Shown: positions 27,432 through 39,716, counted from the first letter of the stretch. The stretch is DNA of 39,716 nt from Octopus bimaculoides (GCF_001194135.2 NC_068981.1:150341503-150381218); one strand, 5' to 3'. Program-made: numbers and translations. Notes: a model not told the origin generated them from the sequence alone.

Positions 27432-27718
27432 GTTTCAGTCATTGGACTGCGGCCACGCTGGAACACTGCCTTGAAGGCTTATACTCGAATCGAACCTACT
27501 ACTTGTGTTTTTAGAGCCTTGTACTCATTATATCGCTCACCTATGCCAAATAGCTAAGTTGCGAGGACGACGGACTACCAAATCCACCCACCAGGTTTTG
27601 GTCAGCCCGGGGAAATAGTAAGACACCGTCGCCCAAGTGTCCAAGGTGCTACGCACTGGAACTGAACCCAGAACCATGGGTTTGGGAAGAAAACTTCTTA
27701 ACTCACAGACACACCTAC
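27432..27718 (-). mobile_element. CORE-type SINE (family of 1251-1585), internally deleted
   Basis: GTTTCAGTCATTGGACTGCGGCC tail, CTACCAAATCCAC, CAAGGTGCTACGCACTGGAACTGAACCCAGAACCATG. Confidence 0.75.
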
Positions 27719-28941
27719 ACTTATTCGTAAATTTATAATTATGTTCTGTAAATCGTGATTCTGGAAGATATACAAGCCTAGTGGAAGCTGCAGATTGAAG
27801 GTTTATATGAGAGGATATCTGACAAGAACGAGAGATCACTCTTACCATTTAGCGTTCAAGACATCCATGGATATTCTGACCAGCTAACAAGTTCTTGGCA
27901 CAGTCGTAGAATCAAAGACAATTCTTTACCTAACTGTTGAATGTTTATCAAGTTTTATGCAGGAGTCGAAATATTCTATGTTAAAAAGATCTGAAGTAGT
28001 GCCCTTTTAGGCAGAACCCTCCTGAAGAAAGCTATTACCACGTTCTTTAAAAGAAAAAGTAGCTTAATATTTGTATACGTATTTATACGCACACATACAC
28101 ATACACAGACTCATACACGTACACACAAAAATTCATACACACCCATACACACAAACACACGTGCACAAATACATATATATTAATAAACGAAGAAATCAAT
28201 TAGATATTGGAGTAATAATTTCATTACTTATATTCCTTTAGCGCTAGTATTCCTAATGGCGCAATTACATAATGTAAAGTCATACATTAACCATTCAAAA
28301 TCAAGCAAAAACTCTTGAATTCACTTAATTGCAGTTGGTATAACGAAAATTTTGATACCAAATAATAAATGACTACTGGAAATGAACAATTTTTTGTGTA
28401 CATTCAAGCTTTCAATAGCTAGAATGTGTAATTCACGCAGTAATTACTTTCGTTTCAACACATGATCTCAGATCAAATCATATGCATCTTCGGAATTCTT
28501 CATGGACAAAGAATAAATAGGTTTTGGAGTAGCCATTTAAGATGCTTGATTACTTGTTTGTTGTTTTCAGTCTCTGTGTATGAATATTTGCATATGTCTG
28601 AGTGTGCGCGTGAGAGTATATGTGTCTACATAGGGGGTGGGAATACTTACAGAAAGGATAAATTGGGAACGTTGTGTTTTTTAAGTAGTTTAAGTGGCAT
28701 CTTTGTCGCAAAGGGTTTATTGTTTATTGATTTCTGTATATATAAAAAAATATATACTAAGACAAAGAACAAATGAATTCAGAACTTGTTGTTTTGATGA
28801 CAAGTTTATACAGAAATGTCTATTTGCATATTAATTTCAAAAACTGCTAGTTTTAATAATTGAAAAAATTATTAAATGGTTGATTGGTTTTTGTTCAAGA
28901 TATTTAAATGGATTTTTGGAATGGTCTAAATATTTGCATTG

Positions 28942-29014
<73 letters not shown>

Positions 29015-30936
29015 AGTGGTAATTGTTTAAAGTTTTTTTTTTACATTTGTTTTAGTAACAGCGATAACAGCAATATCAGTAATACCTGGTGGTGACTTGT
29101 TTCGGATCATCTGGAAAAATCATTCTTTCATAAAAATTTTCTTTCTCTCTATAAGTAGAGTTTTTATACATTTACTTAAGGAGTCATGGTTTTCAACGTT
29201 TCTTCATTTATGTTTTCTGTCTCGGCATTTTGGATCATCCTTTGAGTATTTATAAAATCAGAATTTGCTATTTCTGCACATTTCTAGATGTTCACACATT
29301 GGAATATTTCATTGTCTAATCTGCTGCTTTTGTGTTCTTGTTCTTTCACAAAAGCAGTATCCCGTCTGATCGAAGTAAATGCTTTGTAGGTGGGAGAGTT
29401 TACACAACATAACAGATTTCATGTTTTGCAGTTTCCTATTTGTATTTATTTAGAAACGGTATCCATTTGTAAATTTTATATTGCATCCCGTCCCCAAACA
29501 TATTCTACACCCGCAATCTGTGGTAGTTTTTACGGATGGTTCAGAGTTATACTCTAATTTGAATTCTGCCCTTATTAGTTGTTGCTTAATGATTTTGTAG
29601 GTTGATATTTGCTGTTCTTGATACAATTTTGTGTAAATAGCTCTCTAATTTTGGACTTTGAAATAGGATTGGTAGATTTGCTTTTATGGTGATAAATGTG
29701 TTTGTAAAGCTTGGATCATTTGTGCTGACAAACGAAATAATATTCTCCGTAACTTTTTGTTCCAATAGTTCTCAGTTGTGAAAGGTCTAATCTCTTTGTC
29801 TTTTGAATACCGTTGTCAATAGATTTCAAAGGCTAGCTTCGAACCTGTACAAAGTCAAATTTACCGTAAATTTCAGCCATCCACTATTGCGCAAATAAAT
29901 GTTGCCGTTTTATACAGCATATTCCGTTTGATGTGTGAAGGATGACAAGAGCAACAGTTAAATACTGTCAGAGTGTGTCTGTATTTTTGTGAAATATGTC
30001 CGTTATTACTTTGCTTCTATGCAGATGTCTAAAATCGGTAGGTCAATTTTGACTCGGTTTTATTGTGAATTTAATGAGTAAATGAAAAGTGTTAAGAATT
30101 TCATAAAATCTTTGAAGTTCACAATTTGATTTGCCTAAAGATAAAGCAATCATCAGGAAGCATTTCCACTTCTCAATAATACACTTTTAAAATTCTCTCC
30201 AAATGTTGTCTCTACTTCTTGATATAAGTTTTCTTCTAAGTAAACTATCACCAGGTTAGCATATGAGAGTGCAGCTGTTGTGTCCATTGCTATGCCTTTT
30301 TTCTACCTATTTGTTTTTCCTTCGAAGTTGAATGTGTTTTCTTCTTGTACCAAGTATGTAGCTTTAGTAACGCAGTCCATTTTGAACCGGCTATTTATAA
30401 TTTTCCCGTCTATCTATTCAGTATCCCATTACTTTAAAGTCCCAAAGTATGTTGTTCATTAGTATAGAGGCTACTAACAGCGAAGCTTGTTTGAATAGAT
30501 CCTTCTGAGACGTTAGGTGCGACGTGTTTAAGGAAATACATGTCATCTCGAATGCAATTGGGGATCAATGTGCATAGGTGTTTGAGAAGTAGATCTAAAG
30601 AGTGATCAGGTGTTATTTTAAAGATTATTGCCCTGCAGTTATTGTTTTGATTTTGAAGTCACGTGGTCTTACTGCTTCTATGTACCGATTATTTTGTTTA
30701 TTTTTGGCTCTCAATATTTCCAAACTTGTCTAGATCTTATGTAATCCATAAAAGTTTATCTCAATGGTTTTAAAACTACACAAATAGTCAATTTCTTTGT
30801 AAAATGTTCTGAGTATTTATTAATTCTCTAATTTTGCTTATAAGTTTGTGTGTGTGTGTTTTTTTTTTTCTTGATCTCTTCGTTTCTCGCTTATAGTTGC
30901 TTTTAACTGTTATCTGTTCTAATATTTTATCTTTAT

Positions 30937-31167
30937 AAGGCTGCGAAGTGGCAGACTCTTTAGCACGCCGGGCGAAATGCTTAGCAGTATTTTGTCTGCC
31001 GTTATGTTCTGAGTTCAAATTCCGCCAAGGTCGACTTTGCCTTTCATCTTTTCGGGATTGATTAAATAAGTACCAGTTACGCACTGGGGTCGATGTAATC
31101 GACTTAATCCCTTTGTCTGTCATTGTTTTCCCCCTCAATGTTTAGCCCCTTGTGGGTAATAAAGAAA
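30937..31167 (+). mobile_element. Full-length long-tailed SINE inserted in the PLE
   Basis: Head AAGGCTGCGAAGTGGCAG, tail ...GCCCCTTGTGGGTAATAAAGAAA; flanked by CTAATATTTTATCTTTAT on both sides. Confidence 0.92.
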
Positions 31168-31185
31168 CTAATATTTTATCTTTAT

Positions 31186-31398
31186 AAGGCGGCGAGCTGG
31201 CAGAATCGTTAGCACGCCGGGCGAAATGCTTAGCGGTATTTCGTCTGTTTTCACGTTCTGAGTTCAAATGTAGCTGGGGTCGACTTTGCCTTTCATGCTT
31301 TCGGGTTCGATAACTTAAGTACCGGTGAAATACTGGGATCGATGTAATCGACTAACTCCTACTCCAAAATTCCAGGCGTTTTGCTTATAGTAGAAAGG
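31186..31398 (+). mobile_element. tRNA-derived SINE (GTAGAAAGG end) inserted in the PLE
   Basis: Head AAGGCGGCGAGCTGGCAGAATCGTTAG; TSD AATAT(T/G)TTATCTTTAT at 31170 and 31399. Confidence 0.92.
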
Positions 31399-31450
31399 AA
31401 TATGTTATCTTTATTTTTTTTTTTTTTGTCCATAATAACTATTGTCCCCA

Positions 31451-31663
31451 AACGGCGAGCTGACAGAACCATTAGAACACTGGGGAAAATGCATAGCTGC
31501 ATTTCGTCCGTCCCTACGTTCTGAGTTCAAATTCCACGAAGTTCGACTTTGCATTTCATCCTTCCAGAGTCGATAAAATAGCTAACAATTGAGAACTGGC
31601 GTCAATGTAAACAACATACACCCCTCCCTTGAAATCGTTGGCCTTGTGCCAAAATAGGAAACC
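31451..31663 (+). mobile_element. tRNA-derived SINE (GAAACC end) inserted in the PLE
   Basis: Head ACGGCGAGCTGACAG; TSD core AATAACTATTG at 31434 and 31664. Confidence 0.88.
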
Positions 31664-31956
31664 AATAACTATTGCTCCACTTTTGTCAACTTCTTTGGGA
31701 ATAATTGAGCAGCGTTCTTCGGAATTTGTAAGATGAACCCTAGGTTATAGAGACATACACAAATAAGGACAGCAGTATCAAACTCCAGTTGTCTCCAGTT
31801 TTCGAACAAAAACAACTTCAGAAAGAAGACAACGATTGAAAGAGTAGCAATGTCAATGATATTCCAGCATGTACATAAGACTGGGGTGGATGTGCGAAGA
31901 ATGTGATAGTATATAAATATATATGTGTGTGTGTTATGCATTTGTGTTTTCGTGCA

Positions 31957-31999
<43 letters not shown>

Positions 32000-32089
32000 T
32001 GATAGAAAGGACAACAAAAGAAAGAAACAGACCTTGATATTATGTAAATAGAGGAATTTATCTGTAAATAATATGTGACAATTATTCGG

Positions 32090-32163
32090 TAGCCATCATA
32101 AAACTTCGAGTTTCGGATGTCGGGGCGGAAACCCACGCCGCCATCTCTTCAGTTATCTGGCCA
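32090..32163 (-). ncRNA. Putative type I hammerhead ribozyme, left arm
   Basis: Minus strand: GCCA-GATAA / CTGAAGA / GATGGCGG..CCGACATCC / GAA / ACT-CGA-AGT / T / TTATG-A-TGGC. One stem I mismatch relative to the right copy. Confidence 0.65.
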
Positions 32164-32190
32164 TTGAATATTTTCAATAGCAATTTTCAA

Positions 32191-32264
32191 TGGCCAGATA
32201 ACTGAAGAGATAGCGGCGTGGGTTTCCGCCCCGGCATCCGAAACTCGGAGTTTTATCATGGCTA
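32191..32264 (+). ncRNA. Putative type I hammerhead ribozyme, right arm
   Basis: Stem I 32193-32201 pairs with 32253-32262 (A32258 bulged); CTGAAGA 32202-32208; stem II 32209-32239; GAA 32240-32242; stem III ACT-CGG-AGT 32243-32251; cleavage triplet GUU with H17 at 32252. Confidence 0.75.
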
Positions 32265-32293
32265 CCGAATAATTGTCACATATTATTTACAGG

Positions 32294-32341
<48 letters not shown>

Positions 32342-33294
32342 GACACAGACTCACACATACACACACACACACATATATTGGGGAAAATACATTTCACACA
32401 ATAATGCACAGTGAAAATAGCACGGAATGATTTAGAACAGGAAGTATTTTACATCTCAAATGGTCTTCGTTGCATTAAGACAATGTTATTTTAATACTAA
32501 CCATTACAAAGATTTTGAAATAATGCTATAAAAGCAGTTTTAGTTTAAATCTCTTGCTGTAACTCAAACAGTGAAATAACATTAAATTAGCACCAACTGC
32601 AACATACATTCATTTTTATTCAAATGACCACAATAAATATAAATCATATTATGATTCTACAACAAAATTACCCTATTACATTGTCAGTTATAGATTATAC
32701 CATGTTTGATATTAATCAAATTTTTATGTTAACCAATGTGTAACGTTTAATATAATAATTCAAGTATGGAGACTGTATATGTCTGTGGCGGGGTTAGGAA
32801 TCAATGTTGTTAATATAACTGATTTTTTTATAGTATCCTGTCAAGTCGTCCAATGATTTCTATGTTGATGGCATTTTGCTTTTCGTTTTTTATTCATTTA
32901 TTCATGTATTTTTATTTTCGTATCTTTGTTTTCGTTCATTGCTTATAATCAGTAATTACTCATGATAGAAATTAGTGTATCTGATGGTTTCGAATCAATT
33001 TTATGGACAGAGTAAGAAAAGCGGAACAAAAAATATATGATACAAGAATGGGTGGTGAACTAAATAAATACACATTAAATATCTCTGTTGAATTCAAAAC
33101 TAATGGTGGATAAGCATATATTATCTACTTTTATTAATAATGTATGGAACATAGATAATTCAGCAACATTTCAATAAAAGTTATTAAAACACATATGCTT
33201 AAAGAACATTAAAATGTACAAATACAAACACACATACACAAATATACATATACCTTTATGCACAGTATACATATAGCATTTTGTTGCACACATT

Positions 33295-35109
<1,815 letters not shown>

Positions 35110-35110
<1 letters not shown>

Positions 35111-35177
35111 AACCGGTCTAGAAGTTTCTGAGCTTCCTCTAAGGAGGTCGCTACTAGTGCAGCATCATCTGCGAAAA

Positions 35178-35178
<1 letters not shown>
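35110..35178 (-). mobile_element. RTE-like LINE RT fragment covering the catalytic motif
   Basis: Translates LFADDAALVATSLEEAQKLLDRF; begins at a (TA)n tract and is fused to the end of the R4/Dong-like copy. Confidence 0.8.
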
Positions 35179-35221
<43 letters not shown>

Positions 35222-35796
35222 NNNNNNNNNNNNNNNNNNNNNNNNNNNNNNNNNNNNNNNNNNNNNNNNNNNNNNNNNNNNNNNNNNNNNNNNNNNNNNN
35301 NNNNNNNNNNNNNNNNNNNNNNNNNNNNNNNNNNNNNNNNNNNNNNNNNNNNNNNNNNNNNNNNNNNNNNNNNNNNNNNNNNNNNNNNNNNNNNNNNNNN
35401 NNNNNNNNNNNNNNNNNNNNNNNNNNNNNNNNNNNNNNNNNNNNNNNNNNNNNNNNNNNNNNNNNNNNNNNNNNNNNNNNNNNNNNNNNNNNNNNNNNNN
35501 NNNNNNNNNNNNNNNNNNNNNNNNNNNNNNNNNNNNNNNNNNNNNNNNNNNNNNNNNNNNNNNNNNNNNNNNNNNNNNNNNNNNNNNNNNNNNNNNNNNN
35601 NNNNNNNNNNNNNNNNNNNNNNNNNNNNNNNNNNNNNNNATATATAACATAGTATTTCAGATTTACAATAAAGATGCCTTTGTGTTTTCTTAGGAAAACA
35701 ACGCCATTCCATATCATTTCCTTTACGGTATAGCTACGAGTGGAGGAGAAATGTTCTAGTTAGATAAGACAAGTAGATCAACTGTATCTGATATCC

Positions 35797-35914
35797 ACCA
35801 TCCGTAAAAACTACCACAGATTGCGGGTGTAGAACATGTTTGGGGACGGGATGCAATATAAAATTTACAAATGGATACCGTTTCTAAATAAATACAAATA
35901 GGAAACTTCAAAAC
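35797..35914 (+). repeat. 118-bp inverted copy of PLE segment 29423-29540
   Basis: 116/118 identical to the reverse complement of 29423-29540 by manual alignment. Confidence 0.95.
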
Positions 35915-36292
35915 TTTTGTCAGCCACCGAGAGACATAATTTTCAAACAACAGGGAAGTTGATACCCACCACTGTAACACTGTAAAGTTGTTACTGAAAC
36001 ATTTTTGGCTTGTATTGCTACTTCTGATCTCTAGAGCGGGAAATTTTATCTGTGATAGGTTGATGTCCGTTTTAGGAATAGTGTTATTAAATTCAAACTA
36101 ACTTAAACGCCATTCTCTGAAGTAGGGTCCATAACCATCAGCCAGTAGAATAGTAACAGACCGTGGGTCGTTTGGTATCTGGCTGCACAGAAAGAATAAA
36201 TTTTAAAATGATATATTTCTAATTTATTGGCTTTCGTTGTCTGCAGTGTGTTTTTACATTATATATGTAATATATATCTAATATATATATAT

Positions 36293-36324
<32 letters not shown>

Positions 36325-36374
36325 TATATATATATATATATATATGTATTATATATGATATATGTAACAACTGT

Positions 36375-36630
36375 GTGGCTGCATGGCGCGGTATTTAGGA
36401 TGTTGCATGCGAGATCGTTGTTTCAATTCTTGGACCAGTGGTTCGTTATGATCTTGAGCAAAACACTTATCTCGTGTTGTTCTACGATCACTTCGACACC
36501 TGATGTGTGGTACACTGTGCACTTCTTCAGGCAGCATTGTGTTGGAGGGAGTGAGCTAATGTACAACACATATATATGATCACTATAAATAAATCATTTG
36601 TGCAGATTGTTCAGCAAAAGATTGCTGAAA
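36375..36630 (+). mobile_element. Degenerate tRNA/CORE-type SINE
   Basis: Eroded tRNA-like head, CORE-like GATCTTGAGCAAAACACTTATCTC. Confidence 0.5.
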
Positions 36631-38528
36631 CATTATTCTTAGTCAACAAAAGACTACCCTCATATGTAATGATTATATTATATTATGCACTTTATCGTGT
36701 TTTGTTATACACATCACCCTCTGATCCGTGGGGAAAATTACCTTACATTTAACCCGGCCTGTGGTACGAAATCAAAAGGTTGGAGACCGCTGTTGTAAGG
36801 CATGCGACGTTTTAAAAAGGCATAAATACAGAATGAAAATACGTAGGGGAAATGAAACACTTTCTGAGACTTTTAAACATACATGTATTGTAGAATAAGG
36901 GATAAGCACCAAGATTTTCGAGCACTCGACACGGATTCATTTCTTCATTGAAGAACTTTAAAGTCTATTTCATTGCTAATACTCATGAAATTCTCATAAT
37001 CTTATTTATACCCAACTATAAATGGGATGCTTTGTACCTTACGTAAGAAATCGATAGTGCATTCCATTGGATAGAGAACGAAATAACTTCTTAAACGCAA
37101 TCCTTCTTTGTATCTGATGTAATCCTACCGTATTTAGAAACCATTGACAAGACGAATCTAGGGATATTGGTTCATTCCGTTCAATCTTACGCACGCACGC
37201 ACACACACACACACATACACACACATACATACACACATACACACATATATACTTATATATGCACACATATACACTTATATATACACATATATACTTATAT
37301 ATATATATATATATATATATNNNNNNNNNNNNNNNNNNNNNNNNNNNNNNNNNNNNNNNNNNNNNNNNNNNNNNNNNNNNNNNNNNNNNNNNNNNNNNNN
37401 NNNNNNNNNNNNNNNNNNNNNNNNNNNNNNNNNNNNNNNNNNNNNNNNNNNNNNNNNNNNNNNNNNNNNNNNNNNNNNNNNNNNNNNNNNNNNNNNNNNN
37501 NNNNNNNNNNNNNNNNNNNNNNNNNNNNNNNNNNNNNNNNNNNNNNNNNNNNNNNNNNNNNNNNNNNNNNNNNNNNNNNNNNNNNNNNNNNNNNNNNNNN
37601 NNNNNNNNNNNNNNNNNNNNNNNNNNNNNNNNNNNNNNNNNNNNNNNNNNNNNNNNNNNNNNNNNNNNNNNNTATATATATATATTTATATTCATATATA
37701 TATGCACACGTACACACACAAACACACACACACACATATATATATATACTTATGTATGCATGTATGTATGTATGTATGTATGTATGTATGCATGTATGTA
37801 TATATGCCCACACAGATGCAGACGTAGTTAAGTTTTTCAAATGTTCTTATATGTAACTCTCTGTATATTGTCTTTTCCCTTCAGTGCTTCTCTCTTTCTA
37901 CCCCCTCCGTCTCTCTTTATTTCTCTCTCTATCTACCCCTTCTCTCTCTCTTTCTCCCTCTCCCTCTCTTTCTCTCTCTCTCTCTCTCTTTCCCATCATA
38001 CACATTCGCACACAGAAATAAACTTATCTTTATGCACCGTTCGCTGGAGGAGAGCAGTTCTTCAAAGTAAAATGTACTCGTTTACGTGCCGTTTGCGTCA
38101 GTAATATACAATTCATTTGTGTAACGAAAGACATTTCTGTAATTTGAAGTAAATCTCTCCTGCTTTCCTTTCCATTGTATGGTAAATCTGAAAGATCTCA
38201 TAATTCCATACAAACATAGAGATGAGATGTAGAGTAATATATGAACAGTCAATTTTACATAAGCAACAAGAGATGTGTATATATATATTTATATACATAT
38301 ACATATACATAAATATATACACATATATATATACATATATATANNNNNNNNNNNNNNNNNNNNNNNNNNNNNNNNNNNNNNNNNNNNNNNNNNNNNNNNN
38401 NNNNNNNNNNNNNNNNTATATATATATAGATAGATATAGATATATAGATATAGATATATAGATATATAGATATATAGATATTTATATATGCATATACATA
38501 TGTATACATATATATACGCGCACTCTCA

Positions 38529-38574
<46 letters not shown>

Positions 38575-38689
38575 TATGTGTGTGTGGAGAGAGAGATAGA
38601 CACTAAAATAAATACATAACTACAAGCGTAAATGTATCTACAATTGCATATGTATGTATGTATGTATGTATGTGAAGAATCAACCAACA

Positions 38690-39100
38690 TACCAAGGAAT
38701 CCTTCCTGAGCGACGACGTTAACTTCCGAAATACTGAATACCCCCACGGACACAGTCACAAAGTTGTCATCACATTCAATAATACTTGAAGATTTTTAAC
38801 CTTATTTTGCTTCGTAGAGAACAAATTATATTCCAAACAAGCAAAGTAAATTCATTTCAGATCTCTGCTTCACAAATAATTTGGAGCTCATCCATAATGA
38901 GAAGATAGCCCTTAGGATTTTCTCAGATCATAATCTTATATAACTTACAACGTTCTGTTCACAGATCAATGAACGCCGCAGACAAACATTCGTTAAGAAA
39001 GAAATGAGATCTGTCCTGCTTAAACTTTTACAAAGCTGGCTAGAAATCTATTCATAACGATATTTTTAGGCAGGACTTGCTAGAAAAACAATGAGCGCAA
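38690..39100 (+). mobile_element. Decayed LINE APE endonuclease fragment (CR1/Jockey-like)
   Basis: IILEDF-NL (GDFN-like, frameshifted), then DLCFTNNLELIHNEKIALRIFSDHNLI at 38860-38940 (D..F...SDH motifs), then NFYKAGWKSI. Confidence 0.7.
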
Positions 39101-39669
39101 GAGACTTGAAAAATTTGAACAGTGGCTTTATGATATTTTAAGTAAAAGAGATGTATTCAGTTATACAACCAGAGACTCTTACTAAGCTACGCTAACAGTA
39201 GAGAACTCTCTAAGGGAATTAAGAACCCGGGTAATGTTGCAAACTTCCATCAAGACAGTAATGCAATTAACGTAAAAATCAATGGGTTGAAGAAAATACC
39301 AAACAATTTAATGCTTGAAAGTTCGAAAATCTTCCCTACCAGCACAGGACACACAGAAATTCTTTGCAAATTATATACAGCGGATTTCCAGTACGCCGGA
39401 CACTAGCCCGAAATTCTTTGAGGGCCATGTTAATGTTAGATAGTCGTTGAGTCTACACTAGGTTCATCCGTCCTTTGAAAATTCTTGTTTTCAGTCCTGC
39501 TGTTTTTGGTGTGGCAACTCCCCTAATCAGGCAAGCTTAGTGGAGTTGCAGGTTCAGTCGCCGACGACCCGACCAAGCGACAAGTTTTGCTGAATTCCGT
39601 GATATCAGTAACACTCTTGAGTGTCATCACAACTGACCTGACATATTATACTTACACACACACACATAC

Positions 39670-39716
<47 letters not shown>

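Larger units (their letters stand above)
29090..31800 (-). mobile_element. Decayed Penelope-like retroelement (RT + GIY-YIG), interrupted by three SINEs
   Basis: Minus-strand broken frames in the expected order: IIPKEVDKSGAIVI / GTIVIMDK / YKDKILEQ (ADKG region, split by SINEs), FYGLHKI, CIRDDMYFL, SFAVSSLYTN, GIAMDT...YANL...YLEENL (30281-30296), frameshifted FLDDCFIF (about 30140-30165), TDIFHKNTDT, then a Cys-rich segment preceding the GIY-YIG region. Confidence 0.9.
32062..32292. repeat. Foldback inverted repeat, 107-bp arms with 17-bp spacer
   Basis: 32062-32168 is the reverse complement of 32186-32292 with 4 mismatches by manual comparison. Confidence 0.97.

Noticed and set aside
31669-31900. 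Hydrophobic minus-strand ORF with WNIID, resembling an ion-channel segment
   Set aside because: It overlaps the PLE N-terminal region, which reads in another frame (EVDKSGAIVI); T-rich strands give hydrophobic peptides by chance.
32062-32292. Foldback read as a DNA-transposon MITE
   Set aside because: No TSD or recognisable transposase-family TIR ends; the hammerhead architecture and PLE context explain the arms better.
38692-38785. Minus-strand exon candidate ending at a strong CTTG|GTATGT donor
   Set aside because: The plus strand here is a LINE APE endonuclease remnant, and the acceptor is poor.

Overview
AT-rich, gap-containing eukaryotic DNA that is mostly repeats. The SINE families and the extreme microsatellite density point to an octopus (coleoid cephalopod) draft assembly; this is inferred from sequence style, not from a search. 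I cannot support any host protein-coding exon with confidence, and nearly all listed ORFs are microsatellite or N-gap artefacts. The recognisable content is: tRNA-derived SINEs, including three head-to-tail clusters; two R4/Dong-like RLE retrotransposon pieces that both abut (TAA)n; a decayed Penelope-like element (PLE, RT plus GIY-YIG) interrupted by three SINEs with recoverable target-site duplications; two mariner remnants; and RTE- and CR1-like fragments. The most notable item is a 107-bp-arm foldback at 32062-32292. Each arm has complete type I hammerhead ribozyme architecture (stem I, CUGAAGA, stem II, GAAA, minimal stem III, GUU), giving two divergently oriented hammerheads just upstream of the PLE.
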